DNA of 64,000 nt, from NCBI GenBank assembly GCA_963758635.1, contig CAVWWD010000005.1, positions 448,001 through 512,000 on the forward strand, in the 5' to 3' direction. Position 1 is the first letter of the stretch. Each line of letters starts with the position of its first letter. The position numbers and the translations under genes were made by a program. Of the stretch, positions 14,701 to 23,638 are shown one piece after another. The notes under the pieces were generated by a model, which was not told the origin of the DNA, searched no databases, and saw only the letters and a program-made list of their open reading frames with translations. The DNA comes from an uncultured Candidatus Rokubacteria bacterium. GTDB taxonomy: Bacteria > Methylomirabilota > Methylomirabilia > Rokubacteriales > CSP1-6.

Positions 14701-15890
14701 ACGATCCGGCGCTGGGTGGGCAGGAAGAGAGCGCCTCGCGGGAAGTCGACGCGGTCGTCCGCGAGGTGCTGGCGCATGCCGATGGGCGGCCGGCCGAATC
14801 GCTGGGCGTCATCACCATGGGCATCAAGCACGCGAATCGAGTCCAGGCCGCGCTGGACCGGGCCCTCGACCTCCGGCCCGATCTCGCGGACTTCTTCTCG
14901 CTCGACCGCGAGGAGCGCTTCTTCGTCAAGAACCTCGAGACCGTGCAGGGCGACGAGCGCGACGCCATCATCCTGTCCATCGGCTACGGCAAGGCGGCGA
15001 ACGGGGACCTCCCGCATCGTTTCGGGCCCCTGACCCAGGACGCCGGCTACCGGCGCCTGAACGTCGCCGTCACCCGGGCCAAGCGCCGGATGTGCGTCAT
15101 GAGCTCCTTCTCGCACGACGAGGTCGACGTCGAACGTGCCGGGGGCCGGGGGGTGCGGCTCCTCAAGGCCTATCTCGAGTATGCGCAAGGCGGCGGCCGG
15201 CGCCTTCCCGACGAGCAGCGCGCCGGCGAGGTGCCTCTCAATCCCTTCGAGGCCGACGTTCGCGACGGCCTGGAGGCTCTCGGCATCAGGACACTGCCGC
15301 AGTTCGGCGCATCCCGCTACCGCATCGACCTGGTCGCCATGCACCCGACGAAGCCCGGCCGGCCGGTCCTGGCCATCGAGTGCGACGGCGCGTCGTACCA
15401 CTCGAGCGCCACGGCACGCGACCGCGACCGGCTCCGGCAGGCCCACCTGCACCGCCTCGGCTGGCGCTTCCTGCGTATCTGGTCGACGGATTGGTTCTAC
15501 GCCCGGGAGCAGGAGACCGAGCGCGCCGTTGCCGCCTACCAGGAGGCCACTCGTGCGGCCGACGTGCTCGACGCCGACGCGCCCGAGGCGCCGCCGCCGG
15601 TGACCCCCGCCGATGCCGGCGAGCCGCCGCCGCGTCCCGTCGCGCGAGAGCGTGGGCCGAGGCCGAGCGTTCCGGTGCACGACTCGATCGACCGATACAC
15701 GGACCGCGACCTCCGCCGGATCGCCGAGTGGGTCGTGTCCGACGGGCTGCTCCGCACGGACGAGGAAGTGCTCCGCGAGATCTTCACCGCGCTTCCGTTC
15801 GAACGCCTGGGCAGCCGCATTCGAGAACGACTGGAAGCCGTCATCAGGGGCGGCGTCCACCACGATCAGGGGCATTCCCCTCCGCCGTGA
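11751..15890 (+). CDS. DUF4011 + SF1 (AAA_11/AAA_12) helicase + Vsr/MTES_1575-like nuclease (Hhe-like defence protein)
   Basis: WMRRLIDYSRANALLFF, EERGIETLHLALG..APILLLP, QGPPGTGKSQTI, FDEASQI, GDRHQLPPT, HYRS, VQGDERD, RRLNVAVTRA, PFEADV..YRIDL..AIECDG..YH..DRDRLRQ..GWRFLRIWSTDW. Confidence 0.9.
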   Translation: MPEPQPDDPSGERRRSVDAARAVWMRRLIDYSRANALLFFRDLKVGTLGLSPDTNVVDRLLAGEACAVERLATAAAPSEASEAAASAQAEDGARRRVRSTLVALQRKALTNLEERGIETLHLALGLATWPAADGGRPYAAPILLLPARIEARGRQGDELRLTLTGEPQLNPVLVHALEELHGIRVDAVAVLDKGATESESGEWRIDRESVFAHLEGAVASVPGFTVSRRAILANFQFAKMAMVEDLKRNGETIAASALVAAVAGHAASRQGLAQAVTDVEPAELDEQPVSDDYLVLDADSTQHRAIALIGKGQNGVVQGPPGTGKSQTIANVIAQSVAEGRRVLFVAEKRAALEAVIKRLTHDNVGLGHLVLDLHGASVPRKVVMARIAEVLDEIRRAMPVDDAEAVHRDFEARRRQLNEHARRLNAPRPPAGLAVNRMMGMLLRLPAPARSTVRLRGDALTALTSERAEGLKRSILEGAATPGLLLGTDPSPWNNARIENGRHAQEALDLAQAASELWPSFERALDQVARQLGIRPPQSLDDVGKLLEVLRDVRRVRERYAQEIFLARPAELARALAPAIGSRAHRAWAFVSNTAYRASRTRLLALRTAPAPTEVLRQEALEADDVLRRWHALGPASAAPVEAASAQELSPLFDRLTAATTTLGGVTEAGPFAGMPLANVAPRLRALAEDRRTPYLLPAIHATRALLVEAGLQRFLDDLRDNGVDPAHWTARFEHVWLHSALDEALASDPGLASFNGRTHDQVVDAFVRLDRERGRLNAQRVRRLHAERAIAAMNQHFDQADLVRREAAKRSRHIPLRALLARAPDVLTRIAPCWVASPLSVSQLLDGGRRYFDLVIFDEASQILQEDAIPALYRADQVTVAGDRHQLPPTTFFATVVEGEDEVLDDGDGHAAAAAAVAAIGGFESLLDTLGAFLPNWLLEWHYRSQDERLITFSNRHVYDGRLITFPSARAHQAIRHVLVPHDPALGGQEESASREVDAVVREVLAHADGRPAESLGVITMGIKHANRVQAALDRALDLRPDLADFFSLDREERFFVKNLETVQGDERDAIILSIGYGKAANGDLPHRFGPLTQDAGYRRLNVAVTRAKRRMCVMSSFSHDEVDVERAGGRGVRLLKAYLEYAQGGGRRLPDEQRAGEVPLNPFEADVRDGLEALGIRTLPQFGASRYRIDLVAMHPTKPGRPVLAIECDGASYHSSATARDRDRLRQAHLHRLGWRFLRIWSTDWFYAREQETERAVAAYQEATRAADVLDADAPEAPPPVTPADAGEPPPRPVARERGPRPSVPVHDSIDRYTDRDLRRIAEWVVSDGLLRTDEEVLREIFTALPFERLGSRIRERLEAVIRGGVHHDQGHSPPP

Positions 15891-15921
15891 TGGGGATCCC
15901 CGCAAGCGAGGCGACCGCCGG

Positions 15922-16593
15922 CTACCGGGTGCGCGGTGCGGCGGGCGCCGCCGCAGGGCGGGCGGCCTTCACCATCTCCACGAAGTAGCGGTGCACGGTG
16001 GAATCGTCGGTGAGCTCGGGGTGGAAGGCGGCCACGAGGACCGAGCCCTGGCGCGCCATCACGCACTCGCCGCGGTGCTCGGCGAGCGGGGTGACGGCGG
16101 GGCCCATCCGCCGGATGCGGGGGGCGCGGATGAAGACCGCCTTGATCGGGCGCGGGCCCGCGCCGAGGTCGCCGGTCAGCTCGGTCTCGAACGACTCCTT
16201 CTGCCGGCCGTAGGCGTTCCGCTCCGCGGTGATGTCGATGAAGCCGAGCGACGGCTGCTTCGGGCTCTCCACGTCGCGCGCGAGCAGGATGAGCCCCGCG
16301 CACGTGCCGAAGATGGGACGGCCGGACGCGTGGAACTTCTCCAGCGCGGGCACGAAGTCCCACGCGTCCATGATCTTGAGCAGCGTGGTGCTCTCGCCGC
16401 CGGGCATGATGAGCCCGGCGACGCCCTCGAGCTCGACGGGCTTGCGGACCTCGACGGAGGCCACGCCCACCCGATCGAGGGCCTGCCGGTGCAGGTGGAA
16501 ATCGCCCTGGAGCGCGAGCACGCCGATGGTCACGGGCGCGGCCGCCCCGGAGGGCGCCTCCGCGCCATTGGTCGTGCCGCGCTCCATGGCCAT
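15922..16593 (-). CDS. pdxT: Pyridoxal 5'-phosphate synthase glutaminase subunit
   Basis: GVLALQGDF, PGGESTT, GTCAG, RNAYGRQ, FIRAP, FHPELT. Confidence 0.97.
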   Translation of the reverse strand: MAMERGTTNGAEAPSGAAAPVTIGVLALQGDFHLHRQALDRVGVASVEVRKPVELEGVAGLIMPGGESTTLLKIMDAWDFVPALEKFHASGRPIFGTCAGLILLARDVESPKQPSLGFIDITAERNAYGRQKESFETELTGDLGAGPRPIKAVFIRAPRIRRMGPAVTPLAEHRGECVMARQGSVLVAAFHPELTDDSTVHRYFVEMVKAARPAAAPAAPRTR

Positions 16594-16601
16594 GTCCGCC
16601 C

Positions 16602-17483
16602 CTACCAGCCCCGCGTCTGGAGCAGCTCGGACTCCTTCAGCTTCGAGGTCTCGATGCCGGGCATGGCCTCGCCGAGATCCTCCGACACCTTCACGAGCAC
16701 GTCGGGGTCCTTGTAGTGGGTGGTGGCCTGCACGATGGCGCGCGCGCGCACCGACGGGTCCGACGACTTGAAGATGCCCGAGCCCACGAACACCGCCTCG
16801 GCGCCGAGCTGCATCATGAGCGCGGCGTCGGCCGGCGTGGCGATGCCGCCCGCGGAGAAGTTCGGCACCGGCAGCTTGCCCTCCGCCGCGATCTTCCGCA
16901 GCAGCTCGTAGGGCGCGCCGAGGTTCTTGGCCTCGGCCATGAGCTCCTCGGGGCCGAGGAGGGTCAGGCGGCGGATGCCCGAGATCACCGCGCGCATGTG
17001 CCGCACCGCCTCCACGATGTTGCCGGAGCCCGCCTCGCCCTTGGTGCGGATCATGGCCGCGCCCTCGCCGATCCGGCGGAGCGCCTCGCCCAGGTCACGG
17101 CAGCCGCAGACGAACGGCACCTTGAAGGCGAACTTGTCCACGTGGAAGTGCTCGTCGGCGGGCGTGAGGACCTCCGACTCGTCGATGTAGTCCACGCCCA
17201 GGGCCTCCAGCACCTGCGCCTCCACGAAGTGGCCGATCCGGCACTTCGCCATGACCGGGATGCTGACCGCCTGCTGGATCTCCTTGATCTTCTTCACCGG
17301 CGACATGCGGGCCACGCCGCCGTCCCGGCGGATGTCCGAGGGCACCCGCTCGAGCGCCATCACCGCGGCGGCGCCGGCGTCCTCGGCGATCTTCGCCTGG
17401 TCGGCGTTGGTCACGTCCATGATCACGCCGCCCTTCAGCATCTCGGCCAGCCCCACCTTCAACCTGAGCGTCCCTGTCTCCAT
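16602..17483 (-). CDS. pdxS: Pyridoxal 5'-phosphate synthase lyase subunit
   Basis: [48 protein letters not shown]. Confidence 0.98.
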   Translation of the reverse strand: METGTLRLKVGLAEMLKGGVIMDVTNADQAKIAEDAGAAAVMALERVPSDIRRDGGVARMSPVKKIKEIQQAVSIPVMAKCRIGHFVEAQVLEALGVDYIDESEVLTPADEHFHVDKFAFKVPFVCGCRDLGEALRRIGEGAAMIRTKGEAGSGNIVEAVRHMRAVISGIRRLTLLGPEELMAEAKNLGAPYELLRKIAAEGKLPVPNFSAGGIATPADAALMMQLGAEAVFVGSGIFKSSDPSVRARAIVQATTHYKDPDVLVKVSEDLGEAMPGIETSKLKESELLQTRGW

Positions 17484-17520
17484 GGTTCCTCTCCTCTCTC
17501 GTGTGAGCTGCGCGTGCGTC

Positions 17521-18168
17521 CTACCTGAGCCGAGCCTGGAGGCGCGCGCGCGCCTCCGGCCATTCCGCCTCGGTGATCGAGAACACCGCGGTGTCCCGGA
17601 TGATGCCGTCCGACGCCACGCGCGACACGCGCACCACGCCGTCGAAACGCGCGCCGATTCTCAGGATCGCGTTGCGCGAGCGCTCGTTGCGCGCGTCCGT
17701 CTGCAGGCGCACCCCGTGCACGCGCCACCTCTCGAACGCGTGGGTCAGCATGAGGAGCTTGGCCTCGGTGTTCACGGCGGTGCGCTGGGCGTCGGCGGCG
17801 AGCCACGTCCAGCCGATCTCCACCACGTCGGGACGGTCGGCGCCGCGCTGGAGCGGGTTGCCGGCCGGCCACGGCCAGAACTCGATGTTCCCGAACCGCG
17901 TGCTGCCGACCACGCGGCCGGTGGCGCGCTGCACGGTGACGAACGGCATGGCGCGGCCGGCGTCGCGATCGGCGAAGGCCGTCTTCGCCCACGCCGACAT
18001 CTCCTCCGCGGTGCCGGGCACCGTCGTGAAGCCGTAGGTGTCGCGCGGGCCCGAGGCGGCGGCGAGGAGCGGGCCCAGGTGCTCGTGGACCAGGGGCTCC
18101 AGCCGGACGACGCGGCCCTCGAGCGTCACCGGCGCCAGGCGAGGGGCGGCGGTCTCAAGCAAGGGCAT
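17521..18168 (-). CDS. RimJ/RimL-type GNAT N-acetyltransferase
   Basis: [53 protein letters not shown]. Confidence 0.9.
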   Translation of the reverse strand: MPLLETAAPRLAPVTLEGRVVRLEPLVHEHLGPLLAAASGPRDTYGFTTVPGTAEEMSAWAKTAFADRDAGRAMPFVTVQRATGRVVGSTRFGNIEFWPWPAGNPLQRGADRPDVVEIGWTWLAADAQRTAVNTEAKLLMLTHAFERWRVHGVRLQTDARNERSRNAILRIGARFDGVVRVSRVASDGIIRDTAVFSITEAEWPEARARLQARLR

Positions 18169-19357
18169 GGTCGAGGTCTCCCATCAGGTCGCCGGCGTCC
18201 TCCAGGCCCACCGACACGCGCACGAGGCCGGGGCCGATGCCCAGGGCCGCCTTGTCCTCGTCGGGCACGCGCCGGTGCGAGGTGCGCGCGGGATAGGTCC
18301 ACGTGGTGGCGACGTTGCCGAAGCTCGGCGCGAACTCCATGAGCCGCGTGCGCGCCATGAAGCGCTCCACGGCGAGCGCGCCGCCGGCGAGGTCGAACGA
18401 GAGCATCGCGCCCATCGGCCCCGGCATGAGCCGGCGCGCGAGCGCGTGCTGCGGGTGCGAGGCGAGGCCCGGGTAGTACACGCGCGCCACCGCCCGGTGC
18501 CCTTCCAGGCGCCGCGCCAGGGCGAGCGCGGTCTCGGACTGCCGCGCCAGGCGCACGCCGAGCGTGCGTGCCCCGCGCACGGTGAGCCACGCGTCGAACG
18601 GGCCCAGGTTCGTGCCCGCGCGGATCATCGCCTCGCGCACGCGGTCCATCGGCTCGCGCCGGCCGACCACGATGCCACCGGTCACGTCGCCGTGGCCCGA
18701 GATGAACTTGGTCAGGCTGTGCATGACGACGGTGGCCCCGTGCTCGATGGGCCGCAGCACGGCGGGCGAGGCCATCGACGCGTCCACGATCAGCTCCACG
18801 CCGCGCCGCGCCAGCTCGGGGGCGATGGCGGGCAGGTCGACCAGGCGGAGGAGCGGGTTCGACACGCCTTCCACGAAGACCGCGCGCGTGGTCGGCCGGA
18901 GCGCGTCCAGGATGGCCGCGGGATCGGTGGCGTCGACGAAGGTGGTCTCCACGCCGAGGCGCTTGCCGTCCTTGTCGAGGAACGCGGCCGTCGACCCGTA
19001 GAGGTCCCGGGCAGAGACCAGGTGATCGCCGGACTGGAAGAGGCCCAGGAGCACCGCGGTGGTGGCGCCCATGCCCGAGGCGGCGGCCACGCCGTCCTCC
19101 GCGCCCTCGAGGCCCGCGACCAGCGCCTCGAGCATGGCGTGGTTGCCGGTGCCGTAGCGCCCGTACACGAAGCCCGGCGCCTTTCCCTCCCACACCGACT
19201 CGACGGTCTCCATGTCCTCGAACACGTACACGTTGGTCTGGTAGATGGGCGCCACGAGGGGCCGGCTGGCCGAGGCCACGTCGCGGCCGCCGCGCGCCAC
19301 GCGCGTCTCGAACTTCACCGCGGCGCCGTCCCCCGACGTGGGCGTGCGCTCGCTCAT
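18155..19357 (-). CDS. Cys/Met metabolism PLP-dependent enzyme (cystathionine/methionine gamma-lyase family)
   Basis: PIYQTNVY, YGRYG, ASGMGA, HSLTKFISGHGDV PLP-lysine motif, GLVRVSVGLED; ATG overlaps the pdxR stop. Confidence 0.92.
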   Translation of the reverse strand: MSERTPTSGDGAAVKFETRVARGGRDVASASRPLVAPIYQTNVYVFEDMETVESVWEGKAPGFVYGRYGTGNHAMLEALVAGLEGAEDGVAAASGMGATTAVLLGLFQSGDHLVSARDLYGSTAAFLDKDGKRLGVETTFVDATDPAAILDALRPTTRAVFVEGVSNPLLRLVDLPAIAPELARRGVELIVDASMASPAVLRPIEHGATVVMHSLTKFISGHGDVTGGIVVGRREPMDRVREAMIRAGTNLGPFDAWLTVRGARTLGVRLARQSETALALARRLEGHRAVARVYYPGLASHPQHALARRLMPGPMGAMLSFDLAGGALAVERFMARTRLMEFAPSFGNVATTWTYPARTSHRRVPDEDKAALGIGPGLVRVSVGLEDAGDLMGDLDHALA

Positions 19358-20889
19358 ACCAGCGGCACCGCCAGCCCGCGTTCGCGCGCCGCCGGGGCCG
19401 ACCGCCGCCGCGCCTCGCGCACCACGTCGGCGAGGCGGCGCACGCCGTCCTCGATCTGGCCGTGGGGCACGGACGAGAAGGACAGCCGGAGCGCGCGCTC
19501 CCCGCCCCCGTCCACGAAGAAGGCCTCGCCAGGCGTGAACGCCACGCCGCGCGCGAGCGCGCGCGGCAGGAGCGCCGCCGCGTCCAGGCCCTCGGGGAGC
19601 GTCACGAGGAGCGAGAAGCCGCCCTGCGGCTCGGTCCACGTCACGCCCGACGGCATGTGCGCGCGGAGCGCGGCCACCAGCGCGTTCCGCCGCCGCGCGT
19701 ACTCCTTCAGCATCCGCGCCTGATGACGCTCCAGGAGGCGCCGCTGACAGAAGTGGTACACGGCGGCCTGGATGAGCGGGCTCGTGTGGATGTCGGCGAG
19801 CTGCTTGGCCAGCTCGAGCCGCTCGATCAGCTCCTGGGCGGCCACGATCCAGCCCAACCGGAGCCCCGGGAAGAGGATCTTCGAGAACGTGCCGATGTAG
19901 ACGACCTGCCCCGCGGCATCCGATGCCTTCAGCGGGCTCGGCGGCCGCTCGCCGTAGTAGAGCGCGCCGTCGAAGCCGTCCTCCACGATGGGCAGGCGGT
20001 GGCGCACGGCCAGCTCCAGCAGCCGCTGCCGCGCTCCCACGGGCATGGTGAGGCCGGTGGGGTTGTGCGCGCTCGGCTGGCAGTAGAGGAACTTCGGCCC
20101 CTGGCGCTCCAGGAGCCGCTCGAGCTGAGGAAGCGCGAAGCCCGTGTCTGCCAGGGGCACCGGCAGGAGCTCGGCCCCGAACGATCGGAACACCTGGATG
20201 GCGCGCGGGTAGCTCGGCTGCTCGATGGCCACGAAGTCGCCCGGATCGAGGAGCGTGCGCGCGACGAGGTCGAAGCCCTGCTGCGAGCCGTTGACGATCA
20301 GGATCTCCTCCGGCCGCGCCTCCACGCCGAAGCGCAGGAGGTAGCCGGCGAGGAACTGACGCAGCGGCGCGTAGCCGCCGGACGGGTAGTACTGGAGGAG
20401 CTCGCGGCCCTCCGTCCGGATCACTTCGTTCAGGACGCGGCGGAAGCCGTCGGTGGGGAACAGCGCGCTGTCCGGCATGCCGCCCGCGAACGAGATGGTC
20501 CCGGAGGCGGGGCGCACGCTGGGCATCGCGGCCTGACGCCGGCGCGCCTCCGCACCGACGACCTGCGCCTGCTTCGAGAGGAGACCGGCCCAGCCGATCG
20601 GCGGGGCCGGCGCGGCGGGCGTCTCGACGCGTTCGGGGGCGTGGTCGGCCACGAACGTGCCCTGCCCCACGTGGGCCCGGGCCCACCCCGCGGCCACCAG
20701 CTCCTCGTACGCCGTGGCCACCGTGGTGCGGTTGACGCGCAGCTCCTGCGCCAGCTCGCGCGTGGCGGGCAGCTTCACGCCGGGCCGCAGCACGCCCTGG
20801 CCGATCAGCCGCTCCAGGTGGAGCTGGATCTGGCGGGCCAGCGGCATCATCGCGCCGCGGCGAGGACCGCGCTCGAGAGGGATCTTCAT
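19354..20889 (-). CDS. pdxR: MocR/GabR-family (GntR HTH + aminotransferase domain) regulator, probable PdxR
   Basis: KLPATRELAQELRVNRTTVATAYEEL HTH; IVNGSQQG, NPTG, GTFSKILFPGLRLGW; heads the operon containing pdxST. Confidence 0.85.
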   Translation of the reverse strand: MKIPLERGPRRGAMMPLARQIQLHLERLIGQGVLRPGVKLPATRELAQELRVNRTTVATAYEELVAAGWARAHVGQGTFVADHAPERVETPAAPAPPIGWAGLLSKQAQVVGAEARRRQAAMPSVRPASGTISFAGGMPDSALFPTDGFRRVLNEVIRTEGRELLQYYPSGGYAPLRQFLAGYLLRFGVEARPEEILIVNGSQQGFDLVARTLLDPGDFVAIEQPSYPRAIQVFRSFGAELLPVPLADTGFALPQLERLLERQGPKFLYCQPSAHNPTGLTMPVGARQRLLELAVRHRLPIVEDGFDGALYYGERPPSPLKASDAAGQVVYIGTFSKILFPGLRLGWIVAAQELIERLELAKQLADIHTSPLIQAAVYHFCQRRLLERHQARMLKEYARRRNALVAALRAHMPSGVTWTEPQGGFSLLVTLPEGLDAAALLPRALARGVAFTPGEAFFVDGGGERALRLSFSSVPHGQIEDGVRRLADVVREARRRSAPAARERGLAVPLV

Positions 20890-20929
20890 GCCGTCACCAT
20901 GCCAGCCATTTTCATCACCGCCAAGGCCT

Positions 20930-20967
20930 TGTAAAGTGCCAATTGGCTCAGTGATGGATCATCCAAT
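20930..20967 (-). promoter_or_regulatory. Candidate MocR/PdxR operator and promoter
   Basis: GCCAATTGGC palindrome (20938-20947), TGGAT-C-ATCCA (20955-20965), CCAAT direct repeat; TTTACA -35-like hexamer on the minus strand at 20930-20935. Confidence 0.55.
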
Positions 20968-20985
20968 CCCCGGGGGCCCATATCG

Positions 20986-21525
20986 TTGACGAAGCTCCCA
21001 GCTCGGAGCGGCAGGCCAGGACGGGCCGTCGGCGGCGGGATCGCCGCCCTGGTGGCCGTGACGTGGGCGCTGGCATGGACGCTGCCCGGCCCGGCCTCGG
21101 CGGAGCCGGCGGATGGCGAGCTCGTCCGCCTCGCCAGGGTCGCCGGCTGCAGCACCGGACCTCGGGACTACGTGGCCGGGTACTGGGCCGCCGATGATCC
21201 TTCGAGCGGCATCTTCTGGTGCCGGCGTGACGAGCGCCACGTCGCGGAGGGACTCGTCGTCATCGTGGTCGTCGAGCGGAAGAAGCCGCGACGGCTCCGA
21301 TGCCCGGCCAGCGTCGCGTCGATCAACGAGCCCGACGGCCTCCGGATCCTCCGGGACGAGCGGACGCCGCTGTCCTGGTTCGTCGACCGGCATGCCCCGT
21401 GGCGAAAGGGCCCAGCCAACCTCACGACCTCGGGTCCTGTCATCGACGTGGGCGCGGAGGGCTCGGGCTCGGGCGAGCAGTGGGTGTGCCACCGCGGGGT
21501 GTGGCTGGTCCGCGTCTACCACTGA
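20986..21525 (+). CDS. Hypothetical exported protein
   Basis: Hydrophobic N-terminal segment ending ASA-E, several Cys and Trp residues; start uncertain. Confidence 0.55.
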   Translation: MTKLPARSGRPGRAVGGGIAALVAVTWALAWTLPGPASAEPADGELVRLARVAGCSTGPRDYVAGYWAADDPSSGIFWCRRDERHVAEGLVVIVVVERKKPRRLRCPASVASINEPDGLRILRDERTPLSWFVDRHAPWRKGPANLTTSGPVIDVGAEGSGSGEQWVCHRGVWLVRVYH

Positions 21526-21825
21526 GCCGGTCACCAGAATCGGCGCCGGCTTCGGCGGGGTCCCGTCGAGGCCTTCGACGCTCCCCTCATCGGGGCCTCC
21601 GCCCCGTCCGGCGCGTCGTCGGAGTATCAAATAGTGAACTGTAACCATTCGACTATGTGTACTTTCTAACCCGCTTGCCGGCCTCTATCGCCGTGCTACC
21701 ATCTGCCCGTCCTCGAGCACGGTCCAACTCATGACGAACCCCCAGCGCCAGTCCATCAATGCGGCGTCCTCTCGGCTCTGCCCCGCCCTCCCGGGGCCGG
21801 CCGCCGCCACCGCCTGAACCAGCCC

Positions 21826-22558
21826 ATGCCCGGCCTGGTCGCGCTGGAGTCCATGTGGAATCGGAAGGGAAAGCTCCTCGACGAGGAGCCCTCGGTGCTG
21901 CCGTACCTGAAGGCGATCAAGCAGTCCCTGGCCTGGGAGGGCATCCGGGTCAACCTCGTCTACCGGCGCTTCTACTCGAGCTACGACCTGGGGCTCCTGC
22001 TCGACGAGGCGCGTCGGCGCCGGGCCTTCCAGGTCTGCTACATCGCCTCGCACGGGCAGCGCCGCAAGCTGGTCGGCTTCGGCAATCGCGTGATCCACCT
22101 GGACACCCTCGCCGAGCATTGCCGCCCCAGCCCGCAGCTCGGCTACATCTTCGGCGCCTGCGACTTCGTGACGGCCGACACCGCGGAGAACTTCCTCGCC
22201 AAGACCGGCGCGCGGTTCGTGGCCGGCTACCAGAAGGCGATTCCCTGGACCGAGTCGATGCTGGTGGACTGCCTGTTCCTCTCCTACCTCCTCGGCGGCA
22301 CGATGAAGTGGGTCCGCACCAAGCACGGTGAGCGGATCCCGCCGCTCCGCCAGCGACGAGGACTTCGAGATCACACGGTCCGAGAAGCCGCAGACGGTGG
22401 CCGGTCGCCTGTATCGCGACTTCCCGCTGTCGCACGACATCACGTTCTCCTGCTTCACGATGAAGCGCGGTCGCGGCCGGCGGCCGGAGATGGTGAACTC
22501 GTTCGACGCCTATCGTAAGAGCGTCGACCGCGCCCGGCGGCTCGTCCGCGACCTGTAG
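21826..22558 (+). CDS. DUF6642-like caspase/CHAT-fold protein (frameshift near 22335)
   Basis: VALESMW..SVLPYL..VCYIASHG..YIFGACDF..FLAKTGARFVAGYQKAIPWTES; His-Gly and Gly-Ala-Cys dyad pattern; upstream TTGCCG..TACCAT promoter candidate. Confidence 0.6.
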
Positions 22559-22561
22559 CGC

Positions 22562-23460
22562 GTGGCGCGCCATCCGCTCCCGGCGCCGCGACCCACCTTC
22601 GAGCCCTTCCCGCGGTCCACCCTGGACCGGTCCATTCCCGCGCGCTTCGAGCAGCAGGTGGACCGCGCGCCGGACCGGCCGGCCGTCACGATCGACGGCG
22701 TGACGTGGAGCTCCGCCACGCTCGACGCCGCCGCCAACCGCGTGGCCCACGCGCTCCTGCGCCGGTCCGCGACGGGCTGCCCCGTGGTGCTGCGGATCGA
22801 GCCGGGCCTCCACCTGGCCGCGGCCATCCTCGGCGCCCTCAAGGCGGGGGCGATCTACGTCCCTCTCGAGGCGTGGCACGAGCCCGCGCACGTGGCGGAG
22901 ATCGTGGCGGAGGCGGGAGCCGAGACCATCCTCGCCGGCGCCGCCGGGACCGCCCGTGCCGCCGCGGCCGCACCGAAGACGACGCGCCTGGCGATCCCCG
23001 AGATCCTCGCCGGCGGAGGCGACGAGACCCGGCCCGGCGTGGCGGTGCCGCCGTCGGCCCACGCGTACGTCTATTACACGTCGGGGACGACGGGCCGGCC
23101 CAAGGGTGTGGCCGACACGCGCGCCAACGTGCTCCACAACGTCATGCGCTACACGAACACGCTCGGCATCGACCGCGTGGGCGTCCACGACCGCTTCCTG
23201 GACCTCGGCGGCGAGTCGCTGGCGCTCGGCCGCGTGCACGCGCGGCTCCAGGCGCGGCTGGGCCGCGAGGTGTCGATCGTGTCGCTGTTCGACCTTGCCA
23301 CCGTGGAGGCCGTGGCCGCTCATCTGGAGCGCGGCGACCGCGCCGGCGCCTCACGCGTGCGCGCCCCCCGACGACGCAAGCCCGGCGCGCGTCGCGCGGG
23401 CGGCGCGGTCTATACTGGCGCCGTCGACGGCCCGCCGCGCGCGGTCCGGAAGGAGGACCC
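22562..23460 (+). pseudogene. NRPS-like adenylation domain fragment fused directly to a carrier (PCP) domain; internal deletion
   Basis: A1-A3 present (YYTSGTTGRPKGV), then immediately LGIDRVGVHDRFLDLGGESL..LFDLATVEAVA; A4-A10 absent. Confidence 0.75.
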
Positions 23461-23461
23461 C

Positions 23462-23638
23462 ATGGCCGTGGGAGAGGCGCCGATCAAGCAGGCGATCACG
23501 TGGATCGACGAGCAGCTCCAGGCGAACCCGGGAGCGAATCGCGCCAAGCTCGTGGACGAGGCGGGGCGCCGCTTCGACCTCACGCCGCTCGACGCGGACT
23601 TCCTGGCGCGCCACCTGGCCGAGCGCAAGGCTCCGTGA
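23462..23638 (+). CDS. Small conserved-looking hypothetical protein (58 aa)
   Basis: AAGGAGG RBS and upstream TATACT; MAVGEAPIKQAITWIDEQL..KLVDEAGRRFDLTPLDADFL. Confidence 0.75.
   Translation: MAVGEAPIKQAITWIDEQLQANPGANRAKLVDEAGRRFDLTPLDADFLARHLAERKAP

Noticed and set aside
22562..23460. Functional NRPS biosynthetic gene cluster
   Set aside because: The adenylation domain lacks most core motifs and no condensation, thioesterase or PPTase genes are adjacent
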